Notes under the pieces: model-generated | What the model was told of the DNA's origin: nothing | What the model saw: only the letters and a program-made list of their open reading frames with translations | Databases searched by the model: none | IMG/VR virus record: IMGVR_UViG_3300025502_001355 | Direction: 5' to 3' (one strand) | Source of the DNA: an uncultured virus (IMG/VR IMGVR_UViG_3300025502_001355) | Taxonomy: Duplodnaviria > Heunggongvirae > Uroviricota > Caudoviricetes | Length of the DNA stretch: 20,000 bases | Made by a program: the position numbers and the translations under genes | Shown: positions 1 to 7,957 of the stretch, one piece after another | Numbering within the stretch: position 1 is the first letter of the stretch | How the letters are laid out: each line of letters begins with the position of its first letter

Positions 1-1
1 A

Positions 2-304
2 ATTACTGACGCAGAACGGCAGTATATTGATAGCGTAGACGTTTATGTTGATCCTAACAAGTTTGCTAATACAGACCCTAGTGAAGTTTATATCAAAGCA
101 ACTCCGCCACATGTAAGCAACTACAGTGCCAGTGTGACAATGCCGTTATCCAAGTGGATGGAAGCACTAGGGCGAGACGGAACAGGACTCAGAGGGAATG
201 TAGGATTTAACCTTACACCTGCAGGATGGTGGAGTGACGATTACAAAGCATACGTCAATCCTAATGGCAGCTTAGACGAGTTAATTACCAGTTACCAAAA
301 ATGA
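2..304 (+). CDS. 3' end of hypothetical phage protein (partial, runs off the window start)
   Basis: Frame 2 is open from base 2 (ITDAERQYIDSVDVYVDP...LDELITSYQK) to TGA at 302-304, which overlaps the next ATG (ATGA), as expected for translational coupling. Confidence 0.75.
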   Translation: MTDAERQYIDSVDVYVDPNKFANTDPSEVYIKATPPHVSNYSASVTMPLSKWMEALGRDGTGLRGNVGFNLTPAGWWSDDYKAYVNPNGSLDELITSYQK

Positions 305-2148
305 TAATACTCGAAGGCGGAAATATATTTAAAGGTGCAGACAAGCAACCTTTAACACAACGTATCAAACGTGAGGATATTCCTGCCACTGTAGCCTGGC
401 TTGAAAAAGTTTCCGGACTACCATTCCCCACAAACACTTGGTTGGGAAGTACAGGCAAAAAAGACACATCAGGTGACCTTGACTTACAGGTAGATGCCAA
501 CACCACAGACAAAGACACACTGGTACAAATACTATTAGCCGCAGGTGTTGCTAAAACAGACATCAAAAAGTCCGGTGATAGTGTACACGTTAAAGCACCT
601 ATAGCAGGCAACTCTGCTAACGGATTTGCACAAGCAGATTTGATGTTTACAGATGACCCAGCCTGGCAATCCTTTGCTATGGCAGGCAGTGGTGAAGGCA
701 GTGTACTACCAGGTATGGCAAGACACATTATACTAAGCAGTATTGTTGCTGAACTACAGCCTAATCTAAAGTGGAGTTATAAAAACGGATTGGTTTTTAG
801 AGATACCAACCAACCTTATGAGAACGGCAAGAGTCCGGCTACACTAAGCAAGGTAACTGGCATTCCTGTAGCAAAACTCAGCTCAGCAGATGATATAGTT
901 GCCGCTATTAAAGGGTCAAGCAATTACGAACAACTGATTGGCAGAGCAAGAGAAACATTAGAAAAGTCAGATATACAGTTACCAGAGTCTGCACCACTGC
1001 CGGGCACAGGTGCTTGGTTCAACAGCATGGCAGAAAGTAGCAAGTTTGGTTTTGTAAAAAGCCTAACAGAAAACACAAAAGGTCGTACTCCGCATCCAGA
1101 GGATGCTATATTCTCAGGCAGTGCCGCGGCAAAACAACAGTTAGCAGGACTTAATGCACTAGTAGCAAATCCTAACAATTTAACTATCAAGTGGGACGGG
1201 TTCCCTGCACTTATATTTGGTAGAGATCCTGCAGACGGTAAACTTGCAGTAATGGACAAGTATATGTGGAACAAAGGCGTACTAGCCAAGAATGTAGATG
1301 AGTGGAAGCAGTACGACAGCACCAAAGCATCGGGCGGGTTGCGTGGTGACTTATACGACAAACTAGCACAGATTTGGCCAGGGTTGGATGCGGCTACGAA
1401 GAGTCCTGGGTTTTATTGGGGAGACTTGCTATATTCTGGTAAGTTAGACCCGCAGGGTGGATCATACAATTTTAAACCAAATACCGTTGAGTATCGTATA
1501 CCGGTTAACAGTAATCTAGGAAAAATAGTAGGTAATAGTATAGGTGGTATAGTAGTACATCAAAAGTTCTCAGAGCTAGGTGGTGCCAGTACTCAATGGG
1601 ACGGTAAAGGCCTTGAAAATGTTCCAGGTGGTGTAGCAGTGTTAACACCAAGTGCAGGACTACGCTTCGAGTTAAAACAGCCTGTACAGTTAGCTAAACG
1701 TGCCACTGCCACAATACAACAGCATGGTACAGCAGTAGATGCATTGTTGGCACAAATACCTGCAAGTACAATACAGCAGATACAACGTTACTTTAATCAA
1801 TTTGTAACAGGGCAAACAAAACAACCACTTTACACATGGTTGGAAAGTAACACCAGTGCCAAACAATATCAAAATTTAGTAGGTGATGATTATAGTGGGT
1901 TATTATTTGCTAAAGATGCACAAGGTAAGACCGTTGCTAGTCCAGGATACAACGGAATTAATACCATATTCAGTGCTATATTGCAGTACAAACAAAATCT
2001 ACATGATCAGTTAGATTCACAAATCCAAGGATTTGGACAATTTGTAAACAATAAACCTGCAGGCGAAGGTTTTGTTTTCCCCACCCCACAAGGACTAGTT
2101 AAAGTAGTCGATCGCGCCGGCTTCAGCGCCGCAAATTTTGCCAAGTAA
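301..2148 (+). CDS. Two-domain protein: N-terminal Pol-beta-superfamily nucleotidyltransferase plus C-terminal ATP-dependent ligase-like (KxDG) domain
   Basis: 615 aa. N-terminal LGSTGKKDTSGDLDL (G49-S50, D59-x-D61) with a third Asp in QADLMF. C-terminal TIKWDG (ligase motif I, K297), WGDLLY (III-like), EGFV (IV), VKVV (V). The HPED...FKPNT...DRAGFSAANF pattern is recognised from T4-like phage proteins. Confidence 0.7.
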   Translation: MIILEGGNIFKGADKQPLTQRIKREDIPATVAWLEKVSGLPFPTNTWLGSTGKKDTSGDLDLQVDANTTDKDTLVQILLAAGVAKTDIKKSGDSVHVKAPIAGNSANGFAQADLMFTDDPAWQSFAMAGSGEGSVLPGMARHIILSSIVAELQPNLKWSYKNGLVFRDTNQPYENGKSPATLSKVTGIPVAKLSSADDIVAAIKGSSNYEQLIGRARETLEKSDIQLPESAPLPGTGAWFNSMAESSKFGFVKSLTENTKGRTPHPEDAIFSGSAAAKQQLAGLNALVANPNNLTIKWDGFPALIFGRDPADGKLAVMDKYMWNKGVLAKNVDEWKQYDSTKASGGLRGDLYDKLAQIWPGLDAATKSPGFYWGDLLYSGKLDPQGGSYNFKPNTVEYRIPVNSNLGKIVGNSIGGIVVHQKFSELGGASTQWDGKGLENVPGGVAVLTPSAGLRFELKQPVQLAKRATATIQQHGTAVDALLAQIPASTIQQIQRYFNQFVTGQTKQPLYTWLESNTSAKQYQNLVGDDYSGLLFAKDAQGKTVASPGYNGINTIFSAILQYKQNLHDQLDSQIQGFGQFVNNKPAGEGFVFPTPQGLVKVVDRAGFSAANFAK

Positions 2149-2170
2149 CTCTTAATTTTTTTTAAATCTG

Positions 2171-2178
2171 TATAAATA
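2171..2178 (+). promoter_or_regulatory. T4-type late promoter TATAAATA
   Basis: Exact TATAAATA in the intergenic gap, followed by AGGAG (2207-2211) and ATG at 2219. Confidence 0.85.
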
Positions 2179-2218
2179 TTAGCATGCGATATTTCGCACT
2201 AATATTAGGAGAATTAAA

Positions 2219-2650
2219 ATGGCAGGATTAACAAAAGTACACGGTGATAGTCAAGTTGTAGTTAACGTTGGCGATTCGCTAGTTCAAAACGCAAACTCAG
2301 TAATCATCAACACTGGTATTGCATCACCAATTGACGCATACAACATTCAGTTTGTGGCTGGTAACATCGCAGGCGAATTACGTCGCGGTACAAACGGAAC
2401 AGCAGGTGCTGTTGAAACAGTATTGAACGCAATTAGTAACAACGCAACCGTGGTAGCATATCAGGTTGACCTTGGCGCTACAGTCGCTAACTCACAAGTT
2501 AGTGTTGTTCTAGAGCGTAGTTCATGGGAAAGCGCACTCGCAATGCAGACTGCATTACGTGCGGACTTGGCAGCAAACATTGGTGCTAACGGTCCTATGA
2601 CCACAACCACAATGGATGTTCGTAAAGTTGGTATTAGACTAGCTAGTTAA
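2219..2650 (+). CDS. Putative virion structural protein, paralog 1 of 3
   Basis: 143 aa, Ala/Val/Asn/Thr-rich. Has a late promoter, strong RBS and downstream terminator. N-terminus MAGLTK and internal motifs are shared with the next two genes. Confidence 0.7.
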   Translation: MAGLTKVHGDSQVVVNVGDSLVQNANSVIINTGIASPIDAYNIQFVAGNIAGELRRGTNGTAGAVETVLNAISNNATVVAYQVDLGATVANSQVSVVLERSSWESALAMQTALRADLAANIGANGPMTTTTMDVRKVGIRLAS

Positions 2651-2674
2651 TTAACTTAACTAACAGCAGTAAAC

Positions 2675-2703
2675 AAAAAGCAGACTTCGGTCTGCTTTTT
2701 TTT
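2675..2703 (+). terminator. Rho-independent terminator with cUUCGg tetraloop
   Basis: AAAAA-GCAGAC-TTCG-GTCTGC-TTTTTTTT. The flanking A and T tracts make it potentially bidirectional. Confidence 0.93.
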
Positions 2704-2711
2704 GGCTTATT

Positions 2712-2719
2712 AATAAATA
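2712..2719 (+). promoter_or_regulatory. Late promoter variant AATAAATA
   Basis: One mismatch from TATAAATA, immediately after the terminator and upstream of AGGAG/ATG 2748. Confidence 0.7.
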
Positions 2720-2747
2720 CTTGCATATACTATTTAGGAGATTTAAA

Positions 2748-3092
2748 ATGGCAGGTTTAACAAGAGCAAATCCTACAGCAACTACGCTAGGATATGAAGT
2801 AATCGGTAAAGAAGCACAGTTTTTTACAATTGACTATATTAACGCAATTAATGGTTCAGCTGGACCAGAAGGCGCACAACAAGCAGTTTTAGAAACAATC
2901 ATGGGTACAGCTACAATTCTTGCCGCTGGTACATTGGGTAACTCAAACACAGAACAGACTTTCATGACCGAAGGTGGTGCCGCAGTTGTAGTTGGTACAT
3001 TACAAGCGGCAATCAGAGCATTAGGTACTGTTGACGGTGTTAACTTAGCTTCAGCAACTGTAACAGCAAAAGACTTTTACATCGCTTTGTAA
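2748..3092 (+). CDS. Putative virion structural protein, paralog 2 of 3
   Basis: Start re-called at ATG 2748 (AGGAG at 2736-2740), MAGLTRANP...LQAAIRALGTVDGVNLASATVT. 114 aa. Confidence 0.7.
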   Translation: MAGLTRANPTATTLGYEVIGKEAQFFTIDYINAINGSAGPEGAQQAVLETIMGTATILAAGTLGNSNTEQTFMTEGGAAVVVGTLQAAIRALGTVDGVNLASATVTAKDFYIAL

Positions 3093-3115
3093 TAATAGTA
3101 ATTAAGAGTAACAAG

Positions 3116-3139
3116 AAAGGTGCTCCGGCACCTTTTTTT
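3116..3139 (+). terminator. Rho-independent terminator with cUCCGg (UNCG) loop
   Basis: AAAGGTGC-TCCG-GCACCTTT followed by further Ts (run of 7 T). Confidence 0.9.
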
Positions 3140-3142
3140 GTG

Positions 3143-3150
3143 GCTAAATA
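3143..3150 (+). promoter_or_regulatory. Late promoter variant GCTAAATA
   Basis: TAAATA core directly after the terminator, before GGAG (3156-3159) and ATG 3169. The same GCTAAATA variant occurs at 4997 and 14908. Confidence 0.65.
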
Positions 3151-3168
3151 TTGGTGGAGATATACACT

Positions 3169-3516
3169 ATGGCAGGAATATCAAGAAGTTCGGGCTACGA
3201 ATTTGCAGGATCAACAGACACACTATACCGTTTTGGCGGAAGTGTACGTTTCTTTAAGATTGACACGGGCGTTGATCTACGGTTCGAAGACGATGGGTCT
3301 GATGAAGCGTATGAAGCAATACTGCAAGCCATTCCGGGTTTACTAGCAGTTAGTTCAGTTGGTGCAACCGGAACCGTGCATGTATGTGTTGAAGCACACA
3401 GTTGCTTGGATGCTGTGCCTTTGCAACAACAAATACAGGCCATCGGAACATCGAAAGGTGCGGTAAACCTTGGAACAACTACAGTAACTGAAGGAACAAG
3501 TTTTACTGTATCCTAG
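3169..3516 (+). CDS. Putative virion structural protein, paralog 3 of 3
   Basis: Start re-called at ATG 3169 (GGAG upstream), MAGISRSSG...LQQQIQAIGTSKGAVNLGTTTVT. 115 aa, aligns with the preceding gene. Confidence 0.7.
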   Translation: MAGISRSSGYEFAGSTDTLYRFGGSVRFFKIDTGVDLRFEDDGSDEAYEAILQAIPGLLAVSSVGATGTVHVCVEAHSCLDAVPLQQQIQAIGTSKGAVNLGTTTVTEGTSFTVS

Positions 3517-3521
3517 ACTGT

Positions 3522-3529
3522 TATAAATA
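3522..3529 (+). promoter_or_regulatory. T4-type late promoter TATAAATA
   Basis: Exact match, 5 nt before ATG 3535. Confidence 0.8.
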
Positions 3530-3534
3530 TCTGT

Positions 3535-3960
3535 ATGCAGTACTATACGGGATTTACACTAGTCGACATAACTAATACCGGAGTAACACGTAGTCGTACC
3601 GGCAACGATCACGTGCGTAACCAACAGCGTAACTGGGAAACACTGATCCAAGTTCTCAGTCTGAGAACCCAACCACTTGAGATCAACGGTCCGATTGACA
3701 GTAGTTATGAACTGTCAGGCGATAGTATCTTTGGAGAAATGTATAGGGGATTGCACACTGTTTGGTATTTTAGTTTTGGCGTGGAAGCACACAGCGTTTT
3801 TACTAAAGGAAAAGACACTGTTGGGCGGTTGTACGATGACTTTGCAGAAGTACCAATCATACAAGGACTAGATGAAACAGCAAGGTTTATGTTGCCTATA
3901 TTTTACCCACATGGTGCTATTAAAAACATACACTTTATTGATCAACGTATAACACTATAA
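3535..3960 (+). CDS. Hypothetical late phage protein
   Basis: 141 aa ORF filling the gap between two late promoters. TLVDITNTG / NQQRNWETLIQVLSLRTQP looks like a conserved phage family, function unknown. Confidence 0.7.
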   Translation: MQYYTGFTLVDITNTGVTRSRTGNDHVRNQQRNWETLIQVLSLRTQPLEINGPIDSSYELSGDSIFGEMYRGLHTVWYFSFGVEAHSVFTKGKDTVGRLYDDFAEVPIIQGLDETARFMLPIFYPHGAIKNIHFIDQRITL

Positions 3961-3963
3961 ATA
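3956..3963 (+). promoter_or_regulatory. T4-type late promoter TATAAATA
   Basis: Exact match overlapping the stop codon of the previous gene. Confidence 0.75.
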
Positions 3964-4057
3964 GTATATTAACGGCATTCATTGGCACACTCTCACGGCA
4001 AGTAACAGAACCCTGTAGTATTGTAGAGCACGATCAAATTTGAAAATGGAAACAGAA

Positions 4058-4333
4058 ATGGCAGAGAGTGAAAGAAAAGACCTTGAAGCGCACGTTGATT
4101 TATGCGCTGAAAGGTACAAAACGTTGCACAAAAAACTAGACAATGTTGAAGCAAGACTCAATGGTGTCGAAGAGCATATTATATATGTACGGGCAAAATT
4201 GTCCGAATTCAAATCCCTGGGTCAATTAGCAAGCAATGAATCCAATAAAACACTGATTGGTGTAATGACTGCTGTGGGTGCGGCACTGCTCGCAGGTTTA
4301 ATTGCCACTGTTGTTCAACTAACCATAAAATAA
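4058..4333 (+). CDS. Small coiled-coil protein with C-terminal transmembrane helix (holin-like topology)
   Basis: Heptad-like LHKKLDNVEARLNGVEEHI followed by hydrophobic LIGVMTAVGAALLAGLIATVVQL. The start could alternatively be ATG 4046. Confidence 0.55.
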   Translation: MAESERKDLEAHVDLCAERYKTLHKKLDNVEARLNGVEEHIIYVRAKLSEFKSLGQLASNESNKTLIGVMTAVGAALLAGLIATVVQLTIK

Positions 4334-4335
4334 TA

Positions 4336-4557
4336 ATGAAGATAATAGAACTAGTAAATAAAGTTAGCCTGCCTATTACAAATGAAGAATCAGATGTACT
4401 AGGTCAATTTCAGGAAAAGCCTGTAATTAGAAAAGCTGAACTGAACGAACGAGAACAAGAATTAGCAAACTCACTTGTTAATAAAGACATATTACTAAGA
4501 CAAACAAATGAAGAAGGCAAGATTATCTACAAAGCAAGAAAAGGCATTATTAACTGA
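4336..4557 (+). CDS. Hypothetical protein (MKIIEL N-terminus, possible head-associated protein)
   Basis: 73 aa ORF tightly packed in the late operon. Confidence 0.7.
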   Translation: MKIIELVNKVSLPITNEESDVLGQFQEKPVIRKAELNEREQELANSLVNKDILLRQTNEEGKIIYKARKGIIN

Positions 4558-5041
4558 CATAGTACTCAACATGGGAGTTGCGTACATCAAACGATTCACA
4601 AACAAAGAGCTTAATAAATTTAAAAACAAACCTGTAGTTATTCCGGTTGGTAATTACAGGTTTTTTATTGGTCCGTACGAAGTCAAAGGTATACACAAAG
4701 ACTGTTGGGAAGTAACCAGAGACGGGCAGTATATACACAACTTCTTATCAAAACTAAACGCAATGCTGTATTGTATCGGTTGCACACGAGATCAATATCA
4801 GCAATCTTGTGAAATTAAAAAATGGGACAGCAGATTGGGTAATTTAACCACTGATTTGGTATATTATGCAAGACACATTAAGATAGAGCAGGGTCGGGGA
4901 GACATTGATAAGAAAGAAATGTTTACCAACAGATACATTGACGCCAAACTACAGCAGGAACATGCCATAATCAATTTACAGAAAACAATTAACTCGGCTA
5001 AATACAATAACTTTAGGAATATGAACAATGAAACTATCTGA
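4508..5041 (+). CDS. Hypothetical protein
   Basis: 177 aa ORF overlapping both neighbours in the operon. The true start is uncertain. Confidence 0.65.
   Translation: MKKARLSTKQEKALLTDIVLNMGVAYIKRFTNKELNKFKNKPVVIPVGNYRFFIGPYEVKGIHKDCWEVTRDGQYIHNFLSKLNAMLYCIGCTRDQYQQSCEIKKWDSRLGNLTTDLVYYARHIKIEQGRGDIDKKEMFTNRYIDAKLQQEHAIINLQKTINSAKYNNFRNMNNETI
4997..5004 (+). promoter_or_regulatory. Late promoter variant GCTAAATA
   Basis: Lies inside the 3' end of the previous ORF, ahead of AGGA and ATG 5028. Confidence 0.6.
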
Positions 5042-5711
5042 AATGAACACTAAACCGTCAGCAACTAAGATTAATAAAGTTATGGAAAGCCGTTTTGGCA
5101 AAAAGATTAACTACAGCAAACTAGACTTTAGTAAGGCATACGGTCTTGCTAATGCTCTGACAGAAAGCCTTGACAAGATTAAAAACAGTCATGGTATACA
5201 CAAAGCAGAAACAAATCCAAAATACATGCACTTGTTGATGGTACGTGAAGGAATTCACAAATGGATGGTTGAGAACAAACAACAACTAATTCAAGAAAGT
5301 GAAATGGGTCGTAGCCAGGCTATACTAGCCGCTAAAGATATGGTTGACAGCGTACAAGACATGCTTGAAGATGTTAGCGAAATGGCTAACGAGCAGATGC
5401 CAGCACTACTTGACACAATACGTGATCAAATTGGCATGACTGAAGCAGAAAACTTCAAAGGCAGTGTTGGCGGTATACTAGAAACTCTTCAAGCCGCAAT
5501 CAGTTCATCACGTGAACAGATGGATATGGCAGCTCGTGCATTGGCAGGTGAGCAAACAGACCAACCAATGGACATGGCAATGGGCAGTCCAGAAGCAGAC
5601 ATGGCTCCTCCAGTTGATGCCGGCGAAGTTGATGTTGAAGTTGGTGATGAGTTTGATGCTACAGAACCAGCTGTGGGTGCAGATGAAGTTGGTCGCGAAA
5701 AGCGAGACTAG
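5028..5711 (+). CDS. Helical acidic protein, possible prohead core/scaffold-type protein
   Basis: 227 aa, MKLSEM start, Met/Glu/Ala-rich helical middle, very acidic Pro-containing tail, late promoter upstream. Function is inferred. Confidence 0.5.
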   Translation: MKLSEMNTKPSATKINKVMESRFGKKINYSKLDFSKAYGLANALTESLDKIKNSHGIHKAETNPKYMHLLMVREGIHKWMVENKQQLIQESEMGRSQAILAAKDMVDSVQDMLEDVSEMANEQMPALLDTIRDQIGMTEAENFKGSVGGILETLQAAISSSREQMDMAARALAGEQTDQPMDMAMGSPEADMAPPVDAGEVDVEVGDEFDATEPAVGADEVGREKRD

Positions 5712-5714
5712 TAA

Positions 5715-6176
5715 ATGAAAGTCAATGATATTGTTGTTGAGAACGTCATCGACGACATGCTTGAAGATGATGCAACGGATCACGAAAACGGTGCATTATT
5801 AACTATCTTATCTTATCTACAAAACAGAGCGGCTGACACCCACAAACAGCCACGCATACGTGCTGATAGCTTAATTAATCTTGTGCAGGCCGCTGGTTTC
5901 CCACAGTTTAATTATCAAACGCTACTAAACATTTCGAAGAACAACGAAAATGCTAAAAGCCTAATTAAAGATGTCAAGGACGTAACAGTTAAAAGTAAAG
6001 ACAACAAGGTTACATTGGGGCAAGGTGGCGAACTAGTAAAGTACGTGTATATTAACCCAGTAAATGATGAAGATTTGGATCTTGATACAGAACAAGATAC
6101 TGCTCCTAAAACAGCGCCTGAGAAGAAAGTTGATTCGATGGCCAAACGTGCCGCAAAAGCTCGACCTAATCTATAA
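5715..6176 (+). CDS. Hypothetical protein (MKVNDIVVE N-terminus)
   Basis: 153 aa, acidic linker and basic C-terminus VDSMAKRAAKAR. Last gene of the late block. Confidence 0.7.
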   Translation: MKVNDIVVENVIDDMLEDDATDHENGALLTILSYLQNRAADTHKQPRIRADSLINLVQAAGFPQFNYQTLLNISKNNENAKSLIKDVKDVTVKSKDNKVTLGQGGELVKYVYINPVNDEDLDLDTEQDTAPKTAPEKKVDSMAKRAAKARPNL

Positions 6177-6194
6177 TACTGTACTTAAATAAAT

Positions 6195-6227
6195 TTGACA
6201 TGTATGCACATGATAGTGTAGTATAAT
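6195..6227 (+). promoter_or_regulatory. sigma70-type promoter
   Basis: TTGACA at 6195-6200, TAGTAT at 6219-6224 (18 nt spacer), with an overlapping TATAAT at 6222-6227. Confidence 0.6.
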
Positions 6228-6244
6228 ACTCTTGACTGTATATT

Positions 6245-7957
6245 ATGAAAATATTATTCTACCATTCTGAAGATAAACTATTCCATGACGTTGTACATCC
6301 TAATGACAGCGTTTTTGTGAAATCAACTAGTCTTTACCTTAAGACATATATAGAAATTAAAAAACCACAAATAGCCAAGAAGTTGGAATGGGCGATCCCA
6401 CAACAAGTTAAGTTATCTGACGATGAGCTAGTAAGTCTGATCCAACAAGAAAAACCAGATATGTTCTGCACTACTCATTATATCTGGAACTACATAGCAA
6501 TACTAGCACAGTTAGACAGAATCCGACCTCGAGTAGATTCTAGCATACTGTTTGTTACAGGGGGCCCTAGTGTAGATGTTAATATAAATCCAAATTACTT
6601 CTTAGAACATAAATTTGTTGATTATGCATTTTATGGGCCAGGCGAGAAAGCATTTGCTGAGTTCATTGAGAGGATGGTGCTTAACAAACCTTTAGTAAAA
6701 GAAGAACTTACAAACATGGCGTGGCCTGATTCTAATAGGGGTGCAATTGTAGCCGAATACGAATATGTTCCGCAATCTAAAATAAGTCCATACTTACATA
6801 ATGCAGAAATGTTCAAAGCCATGGTTGACGACATGTACGAGAAAAAACTGCAACCAATTATTTCGTACGAACTGACTAGGGGATGTCCTTACGCATGTAC
6901 TTTTTGTGATTGGAATAGCGGTTACGGAAACAAAACAACACGCAGGAAAGACAGTTACAAAGATGAAATTGATTTATTCCAAGCAGTTGGAGTAAAAAGT
7001 TTATTCATGGCAGACGCAAACCTGGGTCAGTACCAAGAGGATGTTGATCTAATAGAGTATATGGCAGATAAGAATCTAAACGAAAATGCAAGTTTTAGAT
7101 TAGATTACACAGTAAGCAAATTACGAAAAGATAACAACATAAAAATATTCCATACTATGGCAAAAGCAAATCTGTGTAGACATTTCGTAATAAGTGTACA
7201 AGATAATAATCCAACAATACTTGAGAACATAGATAGACCCGACGTCGGGTGGGATGTACACACTAGTCATATAAGAGAACTTAGAGAGTTATACCCGCAC
7301 CTACCATCAGCAGTACAGTTAATACAAGGACTACCCGGACAGACAGTTGATTCCTGGAGACAAACCTTGTCTGACATGGCCAACGAACATGTAATACCAT
7401 TTGTATATGTAAGCGAACTGCTATCTGCAAGTCCGGCAGCCAGAAGTAACGAGTATATTAATAAATGGAAGTTTGAGTACAGTAACTCCCTAAGATGGGA
7501 CTTCCACGGACAAAGTGAATTCAGTAGTCCTTTTACGCAAAGTTGTGTGTCATTCACTCAACACGACTTTATAGAGATGACAATGCTAAGTTTAATACAT
7601 GCAACTATAAATTTTTACAAAGTGTACAAAGTAGGAAAGTTAATGGACTATATTAGCTTTGACGCAGATAAGATAGTAGACTTATTCTTAGTAAGTGATC
7701 TTTATCAGATTCTAAGAGACAATTTGGCTGAAAACTGGTTAATACACAACAAGTTCTATTTTACAACTGAACTGGATCGTACACCCACAGCGAAGCCGAT
7801 CACTGCATGTTCTATGGCAGTGTCAGACATGACTTCGAAGTTGAACACTAACGGACAGTTTCTTAAATGGACATTACAACATATTTCAGCATCGTCCAGC
7901 AGTAAGCGCAATGATTATGCAAAACAAATCTATAGAAGGATGCACCATGAGCATTAA
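6245..7957 (+). CDS. B12-binding-domain radical SAM protein
   Basis: 570 aa. RGCPYACTFCDW (CxxxCxxC). N-terminal PDMFCTTHYIWN, VTGGPSV and YGPGEKAF are typical of cobalamin-binding class B radical SAM enzymes; also ADANLG, ISVQ and LIQGLPGQT. Confidence 0.88.
   Translation: MKILFYHSEDKLFHDVVHPNDSVFVKSTSLYLKTYIEIKKPQIAKKLEWAIPQQVKLSDDELVSLIQQEKPDMFCTTHYIWNYIAILAQLDRIRPRVDSSILFVTGGPSVDVNINPNYFLEHKFVDYAFYGPGEKAFAEFIERMVLNKPLVKEELTNMAWPDSNRGAIVAEYEYVPQSKISPYLHNAEMFKAMVDDMYEKKLQPIISYELTRGCPYACTFCDWNSGYGNKTTRRKDSYKDEIDLFQAVGVKSLFMADANLGQYQEDVDLIEYMADKNLNENASFRLDYTVSKLRKDNNIKIFHTMAKANLCRHFVISVQDNNPTILENIDRPDVGWDVHTSHIRELRELYPHLPSAVQLIQGLPGQTVDSWRQTLSDMANEHVIPFVYVSELLSASPAARSNEYINKWKFEYSNSLRWDFHGQSEFSSPFTQSCVSFTQHDFIEMTMLSLIHATINFYKVYKVGKLMDYISFDADKIVDLFLVSDLYQILRDNLAENWLIHNKFYFTTELDRTPTAKPITACSMAVSDMTSKLNTNGQFLKWTLQHISASSSSKRNDYAKQIYRRMHHEH

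Noticed and set aside
285..1872. Minus-strand ORFs 285-728, 924-1361 and 1690-1872 (and similar ones inside nrdA, nrdB, the tail fibre and the radical SAM gene)
   Set aside because: They are antisense shadows of long, motif-bearing + strand genes, with no RBS or recognisable motifs.
3964..4045. Possible ncRNA or riboswitch in the ~80 nt leader after the late promoter at 3956
   Set aside because: I could not identify a convincing stem structure or known motif by eye. An Rfam/covariance search would be needed.
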